A stretch of DNA of 35,876 bases from a virus (IMGVR_UViG_3300005512_000132:1-35876); one strand, 5' to 3'. Positions 28,201-35,876 are shown, counted from the stretch's first letter. The notes: generated by a model not told the origin, from the sequence alone. Program-made: numbers and translations.

Positions 28201-28416
28201 TCTAATTTACCTAGACCTAATTTTTTAGCTATTGACGAGGGATTCGGTGTACTCGATTCAGATAATATGAATTCTATGTTCAATTTATTTGATTATATGA
28301 AAACGCAATTTTCATTTATTATGGTTATTTCGCATATCGATTCAATGCGAGATATTGTAGATAAATTAATTGAAATAGTAAAATCTAAAGGACAATCCAA
28401 GATTCAATTTATGTGA
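25249..28416 (+). CDS. Fused Mre11/SbcD nuclease - Rad50/SbcC ATPase
   Basis: Phosphoesterase motifs SDVH, GGDIVH, GNHD, HHG, GDIH; then Walker A APNASGKST, coiled coil with CQFC hook, signature TSGME, Walker B IDEGFGVLD, ISH. Confidence 0.93.
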   Translation: MIRGKKINMELTEIDKIYHISDVHIRNLKRHKEYKIVFDRLVESIKSTLTKNSVIFLGGDIVHAKTDMTPELVQSVQEFFKQFADIAPTILITGNHDCNLNNKTRLDALTPIVNALNHKNLYYLKDSGVYQIADKTFVVMSVFDKPKDFIRAVDVKGSYKIALHHGAVNSAVTDIGFTLVNENVPVELFDGYDLVLLGDIHKPAQYLNREKTIAYPGSTIQQNHSEALDHGYLVWDTKTKQSEFVVIENDFCYYTVDIDNGLYEPLPEKLKRKQIRLRVRVRDTDTADLKKAIAKIKSEFQIEETSIQRINDFKSNKNRVQKINIGDVRDVEYQNELISKYLENKFALDDDILDGVRYVNRTVNSSLSHTELSRNVSWIPKRFEFSNMFSYGKDNVVDFTNMKGLYGLFAPNASGKSTFLDSITYCIFDKCSRASKASNVLNNRATSFSCKFQFELNGKDYFIERVGTKGRHDHVRVVVNFYSVDDLGNQESLNGKERSETNSNIRSVLGTYEDFVLTTLSIQNNNSGFIDMDQRNRKDLLSQFLDINVFETLYDIANADIKEVATLLKEYKKQDLETKLAESISSISEHSKLYSELQEQKNQVESDIEKYNSKILELTSKVIPIDSSITDLDKLANLKNSINSKIEAANRKIDDIAIKIKDTKALVTSQKIQLGTYNIEDLKDKIKTLESLRSEEKTMLLRIERLKSDVSHKLEKMKKLEDLQYDENCQFCMNNIFVKDAIETKESINFDKIKGDELIRHLSSIRSQIEAFKGSQLELNEHNDLLQLNSTTNLNLSKLTQQLQTETELVNKSESLIAETDAKIEQYHKTKDSIALNNEISMEINSLKLELDFEKTQLRSIDQEILDTHSALSVATRTKEQAEASIEKLKELTQQYKFYEYYLQAVSRDGVPYDLISTAVPYIEQEINNILSQIVDFNLMLDMDGKNINCHIVYDEENFWPIELTSGMEKFISSLAIRTALVNISNLPRPNFLAIDEGFGVLDSDNMNSMFNLFDYMKTQFSFIMVISHIDSMRDIVDKLIEIVKSKGQSKIQFM

Positions 28417-28424
28417 TATTTATT
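28415..28424 (+). promoter_or_regulatory. Putative late promoter motif (GATATTTATT)
   Basis: 15 nt before the ATG at 28440; part of inverted repeat GATATTT-N6-AAATATC (28415-28434). Confidence 0.6.
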
Positions 28425-28439
28425 ATAAAATATCCGTAA

Positions 28440-30698
28440 ATGTCTAGAAAAGAAGTAATCTATCAAGGATTATTAGATTTACCAGTTGCAGTTGAAGATT
28501 TTTCAGTATCGTCACCTAATTACTTTCGAGTAACTAATTTACCAACTGAATTTACATCAGGACAAAATATTTTTAAATTTAAAGGTAATCCTGATGTTTT
28601 CGTAGAAGATACTCCTATAGAAATTGAAATCTTAGATTCAAATGGAGATCCGATATATTTCGAAGTAGATTTAGATTTAGAATCTTCAGAGCAAGAAGCT
28701 ATTATTTCCGTATTCATTACGCAAGATATACCACCAGGCCCTGTTGAAATTATTTTATGTGGCGTAATTGATCAAGACGCTAACGGCAATCGTATATCAA
28801 TAACTACGCAACCTAATTTTCGATGGACTACTACGGTAGCTACTAATCCATCTAAACGAAACGCAACTGAAATAATTTTTAATGTAACGCCTTCTGTTAC
28901 AGTTACATCTTCAACAGGATCGTATTTAGATAAAATTTATTCTGGAGGTAATAAGTTTGTCGATGTAACAATTGATAATTTAGATTATCGATATGTAAAC
29001 AATACTGCAGTATTTTTAACTAGTTCAGCTACAGTAACTCCATTTAATCCAAATGTAGTTAGTGCAAAAGCTTTTATTTCTAGTTCAGCTATTTCTAGTG
29101 CTACTTCATTATCTCCAACAATACCTGGTACTTTAGCTACTACTATATTTACTTCTAGTTTATCAATTACAAGCGGTTCAGGTGTTGGATATTTAACTGA
29201 TTTTATTGCATTAAGTATTCTTAATTCAAATTCACAGTATATACCCAGGCAAGGAAGAATATCGTCTATTACAGTAACTTACGAGCAAACTGCTTCTGCA
29301 GAACCAGCTACTGAAAATAAATACAATCTAGCTACGGCATTTTTTACTAATTTAAACCCAACCGTTGGTACTGTTGCGAGAATTCGTTCATATTATCGTA
29401 GCTCTGGTATTGGTGAATATATTTTATCTAACGAAACAGATATTACTTCTACAGAAACTGAATTTGGATTTACGTCAGAAGTTGTAACGGCGTCGTTTGC
29501 TATTCCAACAGTACATCGAAATGATAGACTTGATTTCAAATTTGAATTTCTAAACCCGTCAGGAATTGTTGCAAAACAATCTATTCAATCGCTTAACAAT
29601 TTATTTTTAGGTGGCAATACATATGTAGGTGGTGATGATAATTTATTGACAGGATCGTTGTTTGTTGCAGGAGAAACAGGTACAGGCGTACAATTGTCTG
29701 GACGCAATAACGCTGCATTGATTCGTAGTATAGGATATACTGGATTTAGTAATGCTTTAGACGGATCAGGGCAAGCTGGATTTGTAATGTACTCAGGCTC
29801 TGTACAGTCATTGTTAACGGCAGCTGAATCGTATGCGGGTGTAGGATTAGAATTGGTTGCGAATTCAGAATCATATTTTCGATATGCAACTGACAATGGC
29901 GGTGAATTAGATGTTCGAACAAATAAATTCTTTTTAGGTAATGATCAAATATACATTAGCGGATCAAATGGAAATGTTGAAATATCTTCTTCAAATTTTC
30001 ATCTTACAGCCGCTGGCGATGTAATTGCCTCTGATGGAGAATTTCGTGGCACTAATTTAGCTGATTTATACATTTATCGAAATAGTATTATAGATTCTAC
30101 TAATAATCAATTATCAGAGTTTAGTTCGTCGGGACAAAATTTTGTAAGTTTAAATTTAACAGGTAGTCACGATCCAGTACTTAATACTACTGGCCCGTCC
30201 ATGTTCATACGAATAAACCCAGGGTCGAAATTAGCTAATTTTCCTTTAGGAGCTATAGTAATGCATCCTAGCAATTCTATATGGAATTCTCCAGGAAATA
30301 AATATCAAAGCTTCGGAGCTACTATTATTTTAGAAGCCGCAACGACATTTTATATATCTATTAACAAAGGTCCACATCAAACTCCTGATTCTGATATTGT
30401 ATCTGATGTAGGTGATATATTTTATCCAATGTTTCGTACATATACAATTGGAGCAAATACATACAATAATACAATGAAGATTACTGTAGGTACTAGGATA
30501 TTGCTAGCACAAAGTACATTTGACTGGAAAATTATGTCATTATCGGCTACTGATGCTGGAAATGTATTATTTAGTCATGGACTTGAAGCAGGCGCTGTTA
30601 CAGGCTCAACTTTACAATTAACTAATTTACCGATATCATCTGCCAGTTTAGCACCTGGGACTGTATGGAATGACTCTGGCACGCTGAAAATAGCGTAA
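28440..30698 (+). CDS. Tail/fibre-associated structural protein
   Basis: S/T-rich beta protein; fibre-like C-terminus LTNLPISSASLAPGTVWNDSGTLKIA; preceded by the late motif. Confidence 0.6.
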   Translation: MSRKEVIYQGLLDLPVAVEDFSVSSPNYFRVTNLPTEFTSGQNIFKFKGNPDVFVEDTPIEIEILDSNGDPIYFEVDLDLESSEQEAIISVFITQDIPPGPVEIILCGVIDQDANGNRISITTQPNFRWTTTVATNPSKRNATEIIFNVTPSVTVTSSTGSYLDKIYSGGNKFVDVTIDNLDYRYVNNTAVFLTSSATVTPFNPNVVSAKAFISSSAISSATSLSPTIPGTLATTIFTSSLSITSGSGVGYLTDFIALSILNSNSQYIPRQGRISSITVTYEQTASAEPATENKYNLATAFFTNLNPTVGTVARIRSYYRSSGIGEYILSNETDITSTETEFGFTSEVVTASFAIPTVHRNDRLDFKFEFLNPSGIVAKQSIQSLNNLFLGGNTYVGGDDNLLTGSLFVAGETGTGVQLSGRNNAALIRSIGYTGFSNALDGSGQAGFVMYSGSVQSLLTAAESYAGVGLELVANSESYFRYATDNGGELDVRTNKFFLGNDQIYISGSNGNVEISSSNFHLTAAGDVIASDGEFRGTNLADLYIYRNSIIDSTNNQLSEFSSSGQNFVSLNLTGSHDPVLNTTGPSMFIRINPGSKLANFPLGAIVMHPSNSIWNSPGNKYQSFGATIILEAATTFYISINKGPHQTPDSDIVSDVGDIFYPMFRTYTIGANTYNNTMKITVGTRILLAQSTFDWKIMSLSATDAGNVLFSHGLEAGAVTGSTLQLTNLPISSASLAPGTVWNDSGTLKIA

Positions 30699-30700
30699 TC

Positions 30701-30710
30701 GATATTTATT
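30701..30710 (+). promoter_or_regulatory. Putative late promoter motif (GATATTTATT)
   Basis: 16 nt before the ATG at 30727. Confidence 0.6.
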
Positions 30711-30726
30711 ACAAAGAAGAATACAA

Positions 30727-32490
30727 ATGGCAATTACAAGTTTATCTGCGCAGTATATATCTGCGTCATTCCAAAATTTAGTGCAAGTATCTAGCTCTGG
30801 ACAATTATTTGATGGAGCAGGAAATCAAATTACTAATTTAACAGCTTCATTCGCCGTAACAGCATCTTACGCTTTAAATGCCGGAACTGGAACGTCTATA
30901 GATACAGGATCGTTCGCAACGACAGGTTCAAATGTATTTAATGGATCGCAAACAGTTAATGGAGATTTAATTGTTACAGGGTCTATTACTGCATATCAAT
31001 ATGTTGTATCGTCTTCAGTAATCAATGAAACGATTGTATTTAGTAGCGGGTCAACTATTTTCGGTAACGACGCTAACGATACTCATACTTTCGAAGGGTC
31101 AATTATTATGTCTGGATCTGCAAATATTTCCAGCGCATCTTATATCGATTTACTTCCATTATCTAACAGTTTAGCTCCTGCATACTCTGAAGGTCGATTT
31201 TATTACAATTCAGAATACGGAGCGTTAACAGTTTATAATGACGAAGCTGATATCAGTTTGCAAGTAGGTCAAGAATTTTACATTAGAGTAAAAAACAATT
31301 CATTAACGCAGATTGACGATGGTACTCCATGTTACATTGTCGGAGCAAATGGAACTAATATTTTAGTAGACGCTGTAACAGCCCCTATTCATACTGGATC
31401 ATTCAATTTTGAAAATCATATTATTGGAGTAGCTACTCATGATATTGCTGGTAATGGATTTGGTTATTTAACGACTCAAGGATTAGTTAGAGGAGTAGAT
31501 ACAGACGGATGGACTGTAGGCGATAAATTATATTTACAAACTGGGTCTGCTGGTACAGCAAAATCATATTTACGTAATACACCGCCTCCATTTCCATATG
31601 ATATTGTTGAAATAGGGTATGTAACTCGAGTTAATGTTAGTCAGGGAGAATTTTACGTACTACCTAAAGAACCTACGCATTTCGGAAATATTAGCGGATT
31701 ATCTGGATCGTATACTTCAGAAGTAGGAGATTTATGGGTATATCAACCAAATAATGCATGGACTCATACCAGAGACTTAACAGGTTCATATTCAGTAAAA
31801 GGAACTTGGAACGTTACAGGATCGTTAACTGTTACAGGATCGTCTACATTTAAAGTAATTGGTCCTTCAGAATTTACAGGATCAGTTGCAATTAACGGTA
31901 CGCTTTCAGCACCAGCAGCTACGATTACGGCTCAATCTGTTACAGCTTCGTTATTTGGAACTGCTTCGTATGCTGTCAATTCATTAACAGCCTCTTACGC
32001 TTTAAGTGGAGGTAGCGGAGGTACATCTGCAACAGTAGCTACAGCTCAAACAGGATCAGTAACTGGTACGACTTCAGAAACGTTAATTCAAACGTTAACG
32101 ATTCCAGCAAATACATTAACTACTAACGATTTTGCACGATTCTCAACGAAAATATTTGCTACCAATTCAAATAATTATACAGTAGCGTTATACATTAATT
32201 CGGCAAATACATTAAACGGTAGTGAGAAAAATATAACAACACTTCCTGTTAACAGTGTTATTAAGTTTGTTGTACCGACGAGAACAATAGCAGTTAATAA
32301 CGTAACTACTGATACTAATTGGATTTCAGAAAACAGTCAAGTACAAGATCCATTTCAAGGAACTTCAGCTTTAGCACACGCATCTTCATCTATTGACTGG
32401 ACGACAACTCAATATGCATTAGTTTCAGTAACGCCACAAAATGCGGGTGATTCATTTATTTGCCGCGGAACATATTTTGAAAAAATATAA
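30727..32490 (+). CDS. Tail fibre-like protein
   Basis: Repetitive TGS/TAS beta-repeats (GSQTVNGDLIVTGSI, SSGSTIFGNDANDTHTF); IGVATHDI...GLVRGVDT...GDKLYL module. Confidence 0.65.
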   Translation: MAITSLSAQYISASFQNLVQVSSSGQLFDGAGNQITNLTASFAVTASYALNAGTGTSIDTGSFATTGSNVFNGSQTVNGDLIVTGSITAYQYVVSSSVINETIVFSSGSTIFGNDANDTHTFEGSIIMSGSANISSASYIDLLPLSNSLAPAYSEGRFYYNSEYGALTVYNDEADISLQVGQEFYIRVKNNSLTQIDDGTPCYIVGANGTNILVDAVTAPIHTGSFNFENHIIGVATHDIAGNGFGYLTTQGLVRGVDTDGWTVGDKLYLQTGSAGTAKSYLRNTPPPFPYDIVEIGYVTRVNVSQGEFYVLPKEPTHFGNISGLSGSYTSEVGDLWVYQPNNAWTHTRDLTGSYSVKGTWNVTGSLTVTGSSTFKVIGPSEFTGSVAINGTLSAPAATITAQSVTASLFGTASYAVNSLTASYALSGGSGGTSATVATAQTGSVTGTTSETLIQTLTIPANTLTTNDFARFSTKIFATNSNNYTVALYINSANTLNGSEKNITTLPVNSVIKFVVPTRTIAVNNVTTDTNWISENSQVQDPFQGTSALAHASSSIDWTTTQYALVSVTPQNAGDSFICRGTYFEKI

Positions 32491-32492
32491 TT

Positions 32493-34418
32493 ATGATTAA
32501 AACAATTATTGCAATTTATCCAGGAAGATTTCAACCTTTTGGTCAACATCATGCAAAATCATTTAAATGGTTACAGCAGAAATTCGGAGCGAAGAATACA
32601 TACATTGCAACTTCAAACAAAGTAGAACTTCCTAAATCGCCATTTTCATTTTTAGAAAAGAAACAGATTATTGAAGAATATGGATTAGGTGATCATGTAG
32701 TTCAAACGAAAAATCCATACAAAGCTGAAGAAATTTTAGGTTCGCTAGATCCTAGTACTACTGCAGTTGTATTTATGGTTGGTGCGAAAGACATGCAAAA
32801 TGATCCTAGATTTGCAATGAAACCGAAACGCGACGGATCTCCTTCATATTTTCAACCATATGATGCAAATAAAAATTCTTTACAAGGATTTGATAAACAT
32901 GGTTATTTAATTGTAGGACCTCATGTATCAATAGCTATTCCAGGATATGGCGAAATGTCTGGTACTGCATTACGTAAAGCGTTAGGAGCAAAAGTTCCTA
33001 GATCACAAAAAATCAAATTGTTTAAATCAGTATTCGGATGGTATGACGAATCTACTGCAAATATGATATTTGATAAATTGGAACCGTTAGCTGAGTCAAA
33101 GAATTCAATAGCAGAAATGTTTAAAAAAAGTAAATCTGTAAATACAACCGACAAATTATCTGAAGAGCAAATTTTTACTAAAGATTGGTGGACGAAAATT
33201 ATCGAGTCAGTTATTAACGAGTCAGTTTCCGAAGGATATATGAGTCAAAAGCAAAATGATCAACATGATGCTAAAATTGAAAAGCTTCGTAAATATCTAC
33301 GTAATCATATAGGAAAAGAATTTGCATATTCATTTAATGAATTTCCAAAAACAGTATATGGCGTTAAAATAAATGAACATCTTTTAAAGGAAGGTGGCGC
33401 TGGGGGACACATGGCTCACCCTTTCAATATTGATTGGGTCAAAACCGGAAAAGATTTAATTGATGTATTTAATAAATCAATAGTATATTTAGAGAAAGGT
33501 CCAGCTGCAGTAAAAATCGATGGTGTTAACGCTTCAATTCGATTTGTAGAGCTTAATGGTAAAAAGCAATTTGTACTAGATCGAGGTTCAATGAAACCGC
33601 TAGATGTACAAGGAATTACTAAAGCAGATTTAGAATCTAGATTTGGTGAAGGTCATGGTATGATTAAAATTGGCGGAACTGTATTAGATATTTTCAATGC
33701 AGCAATTCCAAAAATTACTTCAGCAATTAAATCTTTAGGATTATGGGACAATCCAAATATAATGTTGAATATTGAATATGTAGCTGGATCGACCAATGTA
33801 TTACAATACGATGAAAATTTTCTAGCAATACATGGGTTATTAGAGCTATATCAAGCTACTCCAAAGCGAAGAGCTACTAAAGAAATTTCATATAACAAAG
33901 CTGCAATGCAAGATTTATTAAATAATTTAGCAGAAGCTGCAAATAAATTCAATTATAATGTATTAGGATCAATTCCTACAACGCTTACATCTAAGCCGAA
34001 TTTATCTACAGAGCTTAATCGTAAATACACTGTCACATTCAATTCAAGTACTAAAGAAACAAAGACATTGAAACAATGGTTAGACGATGCTAAAGTACCA
34101 GATGCTAATATAAAAACAGTCGACGGTAAAACGATATCTGCATTATCTAAAGAAGTTTTAATTAAAATTTCTGAAGGCGTTCCTTTAGAAGAATTTATTG
34201 CAGATCCTAAAGATTATAAAGATGCAGTAGATGGATTTGTAATTTATTTAGCTACCATGAAATTAGGAGATGCTATTTTAGATAAATTATCGTCACCTTT
34301 AGGTCCTGTAAAAGATCACGAAGGTATTGTCATACGAGACGAACGAATTTATAAAGAGCCGTTTAAACTTACTGGAAAATTTATTTTAGGTGGATTGGCC
34401 AGTAGTTTTAGAAAATAA
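32493..34418 (+). CDS. Fusion of cytidyltransferase-like (HxGH family) nucleotidyltransferase and ATP-dependent ligase-like domain
   Basis: N-terminal IAIYPGRFQPFGQHH...PFS...VFMVGAKD...MSGTALR; C-terminal KIDG (motif I), NIEY, HEGIVIR (motif IV), FKLTG (motif V). Confidence 0.65.
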   Translation: MIKTIIAIYPGRFQPFGQHHAKSFKWLQQKFGAKNTYIATSNKVELPKSPFSFLEKKQIIEEYGLGDHVVQTKNPYKAEEILGSLDPSTTAVVFMVGAKDMQNDPRFAMKPKRDGSPSYFQPYDANKNSLQGFDKHGYLIVGPHVSIAIPGYGEMSGTALRKALGAKVPRSQKIKLFKSVFGWYDESTANMIFDKLEPLAESKNSIAEMFKKSKSVNTTDKLSEEQIFTKDWWTKIIESVINESVSEGYMSQKQNDQHDAKIEKLRKYLRNHIGKEFAYSFNEFPKTVYGVKINEHLLKEGGAGGHMAHPFNIDWVKTGKDLIDVFNKSIVYLEKGPAAVKIDGVNASIRFVELNGKKQFVLDRGSMKPLDVQGITKADLESRFGEGHGMIKIGGTVLDIFNAAIPKITSAIKSLGLWDNPNIMLNIEYVAGSTNVLQYDENFLAIHGLLELYQATPKRRATKEISYNKAAMQDLLNNLAEAANKFNYNVLGSIPTTLTSKPNLSTELNRKYTVTFNSSTKETKTLKQWLDDAKVPDANIKTVDGKTISALSKEVLIKISEGVPLEEFIADPKDYKDAVDGFVIYLATMKLGDAILDKLSSPLGPVKDHEGIVIRDERIYKEPFKLTGKFILGGLASSFRK

Positions 34419-34428
34419 TATATTTATT
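34419..34428 (+). promoter_or_regulatory. Putative late promoter motif (TATATTTATT)
   Basis: 9 nt before the ATG at 34438. Confidence 0.55.
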
Positions 34429-34437
34429 TAAAAGTTT

Positions 34438-35031
34438 ATGGCAAAATTACAAAACATCAAAGCAATTCGTCAAATGCTTGACGGAACTCACAGAACGCAA
34501 ACTCGTACATCGGTAAGCTTTGCGCAACCCGTTACTACAGTGAGAGAAGTGGGTGAAGTTTGGACAGACGCTAATGGAAATGAATGGGAACAGCGTGATG
34601 GTTATAAAATACAAAAAGGAAAATTAGATCATCTTCGTTCATTGTTAGCAAAAAACCAAATGCCAAGTGCATGTCCAAAGTGCAATAAACAAATGAATAA
34701 AAAGTTAGATCGAAAATTTTGGATGTTAGAAAAACATTGTTTTGATTGTCAAGTTGAATTTGAACATAATTTACGAATTGAAGGTAAATACGAGACTTAC
34801 GAAAAAGATCGTATGCGAAGAAATGCAGAATCTTGGTTAAAAGACGCAGAGCAAGAAGCTATGGAATTAGTCGAAGCCTTTCGCAACCCAATAGCATTTG
34901 CAAATTCAGACGGTACAGTTGAAAAATGGTCGGGAGGTCAAGATCCAGAAGAAATTGCAGAAAAAATTGAAGAAGAGTTTCGTAAATTCAAAGAAGATTT
35001 CTTACTTAAATTATCAACAGAAAATGATTAA
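34438..35031 (+). CDS. Zn-finger phage hypothetical protein
   Basis: CPKC...CFDC; REVGEVWTD...WEQRDGY. Confidence 0.7.
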   Translation: MAKLQNIKAIRQMLDGTHRTQTRTSVSFAQPVTTVREVGEVWTDANGNEWEQRDGYKIQKGKLDHLRSLLAKNQMPSACPKCNKQMNKKLDRKFWMLEKHCFDCQVEFEHNLRIEGKYETYEKDRMRRNAESWLKDAEQEAMELVEAFRNPIAFANSDGTVEKWSGGQDPEEIAEKIEEEFRKFKEDFLLKLSTEND

Positions 35032-35680
35032 ATTAAAAGATTTATTAAAAGAAGCTGAAGAAGCAAAACAAGCCGTTTCAGTAAAAGATGAAGTCGCTAA
35101 ATTTTTCAATAGCAATAAAAAGAAATTGGAAAAATTAATGGATGATGAAGAATGGGACGATTTCTATGATATGGCTTTTGAAAAATTTCCAGACTATGAT
35201 CAAGATGATGTAGCTCAAGCTATGAATAAAGCAGCGCTGCATGCAGGATATTTTGAAAATGAAGACGTAGCTGAAATGCCAACAGAAAAAGATTTAGAAA
35301 AAATGGCATTTGGTGAGAAGTCTCAACAAAAAGGTATTTCAATGGGCGATTATGATAAAAAGCAAAAAATGCCTAAGGCTTCGTCTACTGAGCTTTATAT
35401 GGAATCTAAAAAAAAAGATTTAGAGCCAATCGAAGAAGCTGAATATCGCGGAAGAAAAGTTAAATTGAACAAGCCATTTTATACTCCAGGAGGCCCTAGA
35501 AAGCGAGCTGTATACGTAAAAAATGCTAAAGGAAATGTAGTTAAAGTTGGATTCGGTGAGCCAGGTATGAAAATTAAAAAGAACAATCCAAATAGACGTA
35601 AATCATTTAGAGCTCGTCATAATTGCGATAATCCAGGTCCTAGATGGAAGGCTAGATATTGGAGCTGTAGGTTTTGGTAA
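35024..35680 (+). CDS. Probable head-packaged protein with basic C-terminal domain
   Basis: True start likely the ATG at 35024 (MIKLKDLLKE), overlapping the previous stop; acidic N-half; basic C-terminal domain ...RRKSFRARHNC...ARYWSCRFW. Confidence 0.65.
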   Translation: MIKLKDLLKEAEEAKQAVSVKDEVAKFFNSNKKKLEKLMDDEEWDDFYDMAFEKFPDYDQDDVAQAMNKAALHAGYFENEDVAEMPTEKDLEKMAFGEKSQQKGISMGDYDKKQKMPKASSTELYMESKKKDLEPIEEAEYRGRKVKLNKPFYTPGGPRKRAVYVKNAKGNVVKVGFGEPGMKIKKNNPNRRKSFRARHNCDNPGPRWKARYWSCRFW

Positions 35681-35701
35681 TAACTTAAAAAAATATACTA
35701 T

Positions 35702-35876
35702 ATGAAACGTTTAATTAAAGAAGCTGCGCGATTTCAAAAATTGGCAGGCATTTTAAAAGAAGACGAAACTTCAATTGCAGCAAACTTAACTAAAGCATTC
35801 AAGGCCGGACCAGCTGCTACCCGAGCTTATCTAGATACTCCAGAAGGATCTTCCGAAGAAGCTCGTGCGTTGTTAT
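35702..35876 (+). CDS. Hypothetical protein, 3'-truncated by window edge
   Basis: Manual translation MKRLIKEAARFQKLAGILKEDETSIAANLTKAFKAG...; open to the window end. Confidence 0.65.
   Translation, partial: MKRLIKEAARFQKLAGILKEDETSIAANLTKAFKAGPAATRAYLDTPEGSSEEARALL

Noticed and set aside
1171-33154. Minus-strand ORFs in the ORF track
   Set aside because: All are short antisense shadows of longer + strand genes, with no recognisable motifs.
34898-35023. N-terminal 42-aa extension of the 34898 ORF
   Set aside because: Non-ATG start deep inside the previous gene; the ATG at 35024 overlapping the upstream stop is more plausible.
1-35876. Active stop-codon recoding, introns or inteins
   Set aside because: Genes are full-length and tightly packed under the standard code; no intein or homing-endonuclease motifs seen.

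Overview
AT-rich (roughly 30% GC by eye), densely coding segment with essentially all genes on the + strand. It looks like part of a large (jumbo-type) contractile-tailed dsDNA phage genome. Promoter and translation-initiation signatures suggest a Bacteroidota host (inference). Left part (1-8 kb): accessory and regulatory genes (SAM methyltransferase, Hsp20, UvsE, membrane proteins, ClpP-like protease, HD hydrolase, T4 gp55-like sigma factor) and a 105-bp tract containing only A and T. Middle (8.4-23.8 kb): baseplate/tail module (spike/hub, CHAP amidase, gp25-like, gp6/J-like, DNRLRE, degenerate bulb-type lectin, LamG proteins). A recombination/replication cassette follows (T7 endonuclease I-like resolvase, primase, fused Mre11-Rad50), then more tail/fibre genes. 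The window ends with probable head-packaged proteins, including a nucleotidyltransferase/ligase-like fusion. Most notable observations: (i) a pervasive [S/T]-[G/A/S]-S tripeptide in outer virion proteins of unrelated folds, a candidate sequon for virion protein modification; (ii) the NTase + ligase-like polyprotein with putative prohead-protease sites; (iii) two distinct promoter classes consistent with a host-sigma to phage-sigma cascade. All family assignments come from motif recognition by eye; no searches were run.
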